Shown here: piece after piece, positions 60,154 through 64,000 of the stretch
Layout of the letters: every line of letters begins with the position of its first letter
Numbering within the stretch: the stretch's first letter is position 1
DNA from: Minisyncoccota bacterium
GTDB lineage: Bacteria > Patescibacteriota > Minisyncoccia > Phycocordibacterales > UBA2100
NCBI GenBank assembly: GCA_036517195.1
Contig: DATDXU010000002.1
Location: forward strand, 20,635 to 84,634
DNA length: 64,000 nt
Direction: 5' to 3'
Made by a program: the position numbers and the translations under genes
The notes under the pieces: generated by a model
The model's input: only the letters and a program-made list of their open reading frames with translations
Databases searched by the model: none
Told to the model about the DNA's origin: nothing

Positions 60154-61992
60154 ATGTCTAAAATTTTAGGAATAGATTTGGGAACCACAAATTGCGCTGT
60201 TGCCGTGGTGAAATCCGGTGAACCGGAAATCATTGAGAACGCAGAGGGCGCGCGCACGACGCCTTCCATCATTGCTGTTTCCAAGACCGGCGAACGGCTT
60301 GTTGGTTTGTTGGCAAAACGCCAAGCGGTGACGAATCCAAAAAATACTGTGTACCAAATTAAGCGCTTTATTGGGCACTCATTTGACGAGCCGGCAGTTG
60401 CGAAAGATAGGGATGCGGTTCCTTTTGAAACGAGAAAGTCCAGCAATGGGGGCATTGAAGTCAAAATGGGGGACTCATGGTATCGACCCGAAGAGTGCTC
60501 CGCAATGATTCTCCAAAAATTGAAACGTGATGCTGAGGCGCGACTCGGAGAGACAATTACGGAGGCGGTCATCACTGTTCCCGCGTACTTCAACGATTCG
60601 CAAAGACAGGCGACGAAAGATGCCGGAAAAATCGCGGGCCTTGATGTAAAGCGTATTATCAACGAACCAACGGCCGCGGCGTTAGCGTATGGTTTTAATA
60701 AAAAGAAGGACGAAAAAATCGTCGTATTTGATTTTGGGGGAGGGACATTTGATATATCCGTTCTTGAAGTGGGGAGCGACGTGATTGAGGTGCGTTCAAC
60801 GGATGGCGACGCACACCTTGGGGGTAAAGACCTTGACCAGAAAATAATGCACTGGCTTGCGGGTGAGTTTAAAAAAGAATCGGGTATTGATGTTCGAAAT
60901 GACCCACTTGGACGCCAACGACTGGATGAGGCGGCGGAAAAAGCGAAAATAGAACTTTCTACAGCTCTTGAAACAGAGATAAACATTCCTTTCATTACTT
61001 CGGACTCATCTGGGCCACGACACCTTTTGATTACATTCACACGCGCAAAGCTCGAAGAACTCGCGGAGGAGTTTATAGAACGCGCTGTTGTAATCACGAA
61101 ACGCGCGATGGAAGCGTCTCCGTTCAAAGTGGGGGACATTCAGGAAGTTGTTCTTGTCGGTGGGCAAACCAGAATGCCGGCTATTCAAAAAGCCGTTGAA
61201 GACATTTTCAAAAAGAAACCACACATGGGAGTGAACCCAGATGAGGTGGTTGCAATTGGCGCGGCAATTCAGGGCGGTATCTTACAGGGGGATGTGAAAG
61301 ACGTTTTGTTGCTGGATGTTATACCGCTTTCTCTCGGGATCGAGACATTGGGAGGGGTTGCGACAAAATTGATAGAACGAAATACGACAATCCCAACATC
61401 ACGCTCTCAGGTGTTTTCTACGGCATCAGACAATCAGCCGTCGGTTGAAATTCATGTGGTGCAGGGGGAGAGGCCTATGGCATCTGCGAATAAATCACTC
61501 GGGCGGTTTAATTTGGATGGTATTGCGCCATCCCCTCGCGGGACTCCGCAAGTTGAAGTTAGTTTTGATATTGACGTGAACGGAATTTTAAGCGTGAAGG
61601 CGAAAGACAAGGCGACGAGTAAGGAGCAATCTATTCGTATTGAAGCATCGTCGGGTCTGTCAAAGGAAGATATTGAAAAGATGAAACAGGACGCGGAGGT
61701 ACATGCCGACGAAGATAAAAAGAAAAAAGAGCTTATTGAATCACAAAACGCCGCAGATCAGCTCGTATATATGGCTGAAAAATCTCTCAAAGAACATGGA
61801 GAAAAAGTTGGTGAAGATATCAAAAAGAACGTTCAAGAAAAAATCGACGCTCTCAAGGTTGTTCGAAATGGCACTGACGGTAGTGCTATACAAACAGCAA
61901 CCGAAGCCCTGTCGGGCGCCCTTAGCGCCATTGGAGCTGCTATGAATCAAAAGCCACCACAGGCAGACGAGGCGCCCCCAAAGAGCGCATGA
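60154..61992 (+). CDS. dnaK: molecular chaperone DnaK (Hsp70)
   Basis: [18 protein letters not shown]...[13 protein letters not shown]...; 612 aa. Confidence 0.98.
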   Translation: MSKILGIDLGTTNCAVAVVKSGEPEIIENAEGARTTPSIIAVSKTGERLVGLLAKRQAVTNPKNTVYQIKRFIGHSFDEPAVAKDRDAVPFETRKSSNGGIEVKMGDSWYRPEECSAMILQKLKRDAEARLGETITEAVITVPAYFNDSQRQATKDAGKIAGLDVKRIINEPTAAALAYGFNKKKDEKIVVFDFGGGTFDISVLEVGSDVIEVRSTDGDAHLGGKDLDQKIMHWLAGEFKKESGIDVRNDPLGRQRLDEAAEKAKIELSTALETEINIPFITSDSSGPRHLLITFTRAKLEELAEEFIERAVVITKRAMEASPFKVGDIQEVVLVGGQTRMPAIQKAVEDIFKKKPHMGVNPDEVVAIGAAIQGGILQGDVKDVLLLDVIPLSLGIETLGGVATKLIERNTTIPTSRSQVFSTASDNQPSVEIHVVQGERPMASANKSLGRFNLDGIAPSPRGTPQVEVSFDIDVNGILSVKAKDKATSKEQSIRIEASSGLSKEDIEKMKQDAEVHADEDKKKKELIESQNAADQLVYMAEKSLKEHGEKVGEDIKKNVQEKIDALKVVRNGTDGSAIQTATEALSGALSAIGAAMNQKPPQADEAPPKSA

Positions 61993-63050
61993 AAAACTAC
62001 TACGACATTCTTGGGATTGATAAAACCGCAAGCGCGGACGATGTCAAAACGGCATTTCGCACACTGGCGCACAAGTACCATCCCGATAAAAAAGGCGGAG
62101 ATGAGAGCAAATTTAAAGAGGTGTCTGAGGCGTATGCGATTTTGTCTGATAAGAAACGGCGCGCGGAGTATGATACGTACGGCCGCACATTTCAGTCGGA
62201 CGGCGGAGGGTTCTCCGGCTTTGATTTTTCTCAATTTTCACGAGATTTTGATGGACAAGGTTTTGAATTCGATTTAGGAGATGTATTTTCTGAGTTTTTC
62301 GCCGGGAATAGGGGAGGTGGAGGAGGGCGGCGTGGCAGGGATATCTCCATAGATATAGAACTGTCTTTTAAGGAGAGTGTTTTTGGTGTTGAGCGACGCG
62401 TGCTTCTTTCAAAAATAAGCCCCTGTGTTGCGTGCGGGGGGTTTGGCGCGTCTCCTAACTCTAAAAAACACACATGCACTTCATGTAATGGGAAAGGGGA
62501 AATTAAAGAAACTCGCTCAACGTTTTTTGGACGTTTTACTTCGAATAAGACATGTGCGGAGTGTCGCGGACAGGGATCGGTGCCAGATTCTCCGTGTGCG
62601 GAATGTCGGGGCAATGGGGTTTTGAAACGCGAAGAAGAGATCCGCGTGACAGTACCCGCGGGAGTTTCTGCCGGAGAAATGATTCGTATGCCACGTATGG
62701 GAGAGGCCGTTCCTTTCGGTACACCCGGGGATTTATACGTTAAATTACACGTCGCGCCGGATAACGTGTTTATGCGCGAGGGTACGCATATAACTATGAC
62801 ACTTTCGATAAAACTGACGGACGCTCTTTTGGGGGCGGAATACAAAATAAAAACACTGGATGGTGAAGAAACCGTACGCATACCCGCAGGTGTCACTCAT
62901 GGAGAACTTATACGCATAAAGGGACGCGGTGTGCCGACCAATCGAGGGAATCGCGGAGATTTATTAATACGCGTTGCGATCGGGTTACCAAAAAAACTTT
63001 CTCCAGAAGCGCAGAAACTTATAGAGCGTCTCAAAAAAGAGGGCATGTAG
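61989..63050 (+). CDS. dnaJ: molecular chaperone DnaJ
   Basis: J-domain [32 protein letters not shown], a Gly-rich region, and four CxxCxGxG zinc-finger repeats. Confidence 0.96.
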   Translation: MKNYYDILGIDKTASADDVKTAFRTLAHKYHPDKKGGDESKFKEVSEAYAILSDKKRRAEYDTYGRTFQSDGGGFSGFDFSQFSRDFDGQGFEFDLGDVFSEFFAGNRGGGGGRRGRDISIDIELSFKESVFGVERRVLLSKISPCVACGGFGASPNSKKHTCTSCNGKGEIKETRSTFFGRFTSNKTCAECRGQGSVPDSPCAECRGNGVLKREEEIRVTVPAGVSAGEMIRMPRMGEAVPFGTPGDLYVKLHVAPDNVFMREGTHITMTLSIKLTDALLGAEYKIKTLDGEETVRIPAGVTHGELIRIKGRGVPTNRGNRGDLLIRVAIGLPKKLSPEAQKLIERLKKEGM

Positions 63051-63070
63051 TAACGGGGTATACTGTGTAG

Positions 63071-63535
63071 ATGGGTTGGTTTTTGTCCATACCTTTCGAT
63101 TGGATGCTTGTCGCGGGTTGCGTGGCGCTTTTGGCCGTGAGTACGCTCCACGGTGGTTCCGGGAGAGCACTCGCGCTTGCGCTCGCGTTTCCAATCGCAA
63201 GTTTTTTGTTCCCACTTGCCACCAATGCGTGGCTCATCGGGACACTGCTGCCCTCTTTGGGGAATGCGAGTGAAACGGTTATTTTTGCTGGCTTGGTCTT
63301 TGTCGTGTATTTCGCATGTGTTCGATTCACCGAAACCTATGACAGTGGTGGCATCATGCATACGGCCCTTGTATCTGTCGCGGCGACGAGTGTTATTCTT
63401 GTTGTTTGGACCAATACTCCGGTTGTGTGGAACGTGTGGCAATTCCAAGAATCTGTATCCGTGATGTTTGCCGACCCGTATCGTTTTTGGTGGCTCATCG
63501 GCGCATTCGGGGCACTGGCAATTTTACGCAGATAG
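63071..63535 (+). CDS. hypothetical 4-TM membrane protein (CvpA-like, tentative)
   Basis: Four hydrophobic helices. The family call is weak. Confidence 0.4.
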   Translation: MGWFLSIPFDWMLVAGCVALLAVSTLHGGSGRALALALAFPIASFLFPLATNAWLIGTLLPSLGNASETVIFAGLVFVVYFACVRFTETYDSGGIMHTALVSVAATSVILVVWTNTPVVWNVWQFQESVSVMFADPYRFWWLIGAFGALAILRR

Positions 63536-63602
63536 TTGACACACCGATTACAGTGCGATGGGGTGTTTTTGGAACATACAGGTACATGCGGAGGAGAAAG
63601 AC

Positions 63603-63845
63603 ATGTCCACACGAAATAAGAGCACAGTCGTGCGAATTTATGGTGCTGTTGGTGCCTTTGTTGGCGCGGGGCTTGTGTGTATGGTGTTCTCAATACTTGG
63701 AGTAAGTGGGTTTGAGAAAACGCACGAGAAATATGGTCTGTTTACTTGGGCGCGTTATGTATTGCCGTGGTTCGCGGTGTTACTTGGGGCGATCGCTGGT
63801 TTTCTTTTCGCGATGGCTATTCTATCCATCTCACTTCTGGAATAG
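63603..63845 (+). CDS. hypothetical small membrane protein (2 TM)
   Basis: ATG with a GGAGGAG SD (63590-63596) and two hydrophobic helices. Confidence 0.45.
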   Translation: MSTRNKSTVVRIYGAVGAFVGAGLVCMVFSILGVSGFEKTHEKYGLFTWARYVLPWFAVLLGAIAGFLFAMAILSISLLE

Positions 63846-63867
63846 GGGTGAGATGTTTCTTTTTTGT

Positions 63868-63896
63868 TTGACACCGCGCAAACTTTGTAGTATAAG
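63868..63896 (+). promoter_or_regulatory. consensus sigma70 promoter TTGACA-17-TATAAG
   Basis: Read directly from the sequence. Precedes an ORF that runs off the window end. Confidence 0.55.
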
Positions 63897-63907
63897 AACG
63901 TTGGTAC

Positions 63908-64000
63908 ATGGGGGAGAAAAAAGATGTGGGTATCCTTGCTTCTCTTGCGATTCTTTACGAATCTCGTATGTTTTTGCGCGAATCCTTGGTGTCGGAGAAG
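63908..64000 (+). CDS. partial CDS (5' end only; runs past the window)
   Basis: ATG at 63908, or at 63924 with a gggggag SD. Both frames stay open to the window edge; the 63924 frame gives a hydrophobic MWVSLLLLRFF... signal-like start. Confidence 0.3.
   Translation, partial: MGEKKDVGILASLAILYESRMFLRESLVSEK

Noticed and set aside
1-64000. tRNA, rRNA or other stable RNA genes in intergenic gaps (2331-2489, 10827-11135, 23767-24224, 33597-33821, etc.)
   Set aside because: No T-loop (GGTTCGAAT-type) or cloverleaf-compatible segments were seen by eye. The hairpin-rich gaps look like terminator/REP arrays. A covariance-model scan would be needed to exclude small ncRNAs.

Overview
The window reads as a bacterial chromosomal segment with about 50% GC, compact genes and frequent overlapping start/stop codons. 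It comes from an uncultivated-type lineage, possibly Patescibacteria/CPR-like, though that cannot be proven from sequence alone. No rRNA, tRNA or CRISPR array was found.

Gene content, in order along the window:
- Minus strand, 188-8642: a Bat/MoxR-type aerotolerance-like cluster. It comprises DUF58, a MoxR AAA+ ATPase, an independently terminated HtrA-like protease, then BatA-like vWA, a TPR protein, a second vWA protein and a BatD-like protein.
- 8750-14869: a FAD-linked oxidase, a HAD hydrolase, DedA and glyA.
- 14873-18654: a thymidylate-synthesis cluster (tmk, a dCTP-deaminase-like gene, thyA, folA). Two tandem paralogous small basic proteins of unknown function sit between tmk and the dCTP-deaminase-like gene.
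- 18727-23133: an M14 peptidase, a cytidylyl/adenylyltransferase, uppP, a membrane protein with 15-residue tandem repeats, and a ClpP-like serine protease beside a C39-like cysteine peptidase.
- 24225-27758: a small zinc-ribbon ORF, a class-III aminotransferase, a roughly 600 bp GC-rich island encoding a very basic protein, and a P-loop-kinase/CYTH fusion.
- 27887-33043: a 1718-aa cysteine-rich surface protein with internal duplications and tandem GQYWNGSxC repeats.
- 33822-41801: the PrkA-YeaH(DUF444)-SpoVR triad, followed by pyruvate/2-oxoacid dehydrogenase E1 alpha and beta.
- 43333-49119: mnmA, then an operon of a membrane protein, an ATP-cone/Mrr-type nuclease fusion, MgtC and a Cas4-like nuclease. 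A second operon follows: a divergent HhH-GPD glycosylase-like protein with an iron-sulfur Cys motif, an MGMT-domain protein and a family-4 UDG.
- 49141-50680: an IS200/RAYT-like HUH transposase flanked by GTAG palindromes, next to a GC-rich secreted-protein gene.
- 50791-63050: alaS, a PilM/FtsA-like ATPase, the tail of the ribosomal spc/alpha operon (infA, rpmJ, rpsM, rpsK, rpsD, rpoA, rplQ), rplM, rpsI and grpE-dnaK-dnaJ.

Several intergenic regions carry clusters of GC-rich palindromic hairpins (REP/BIME-like), present in two related copies. Many genes end in textbook rho-independent terminators, and several have consensus-like sigma70 promoters.

The most unusual content:
- the giant modular Cys-rich surface protein, preceded by the P-loop-CYTH fusion;
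- the ATP-cone-nuclease/Cas4-like operon next to the repair trio and the RAYT element;
- two compositionally foreign GC-rich single-gene islands;
- the tandem paralog pair embedded in the dTTP-synthesis cluster.

All functional calls are from motif-level reading of the translated ORFs. No database search was run.
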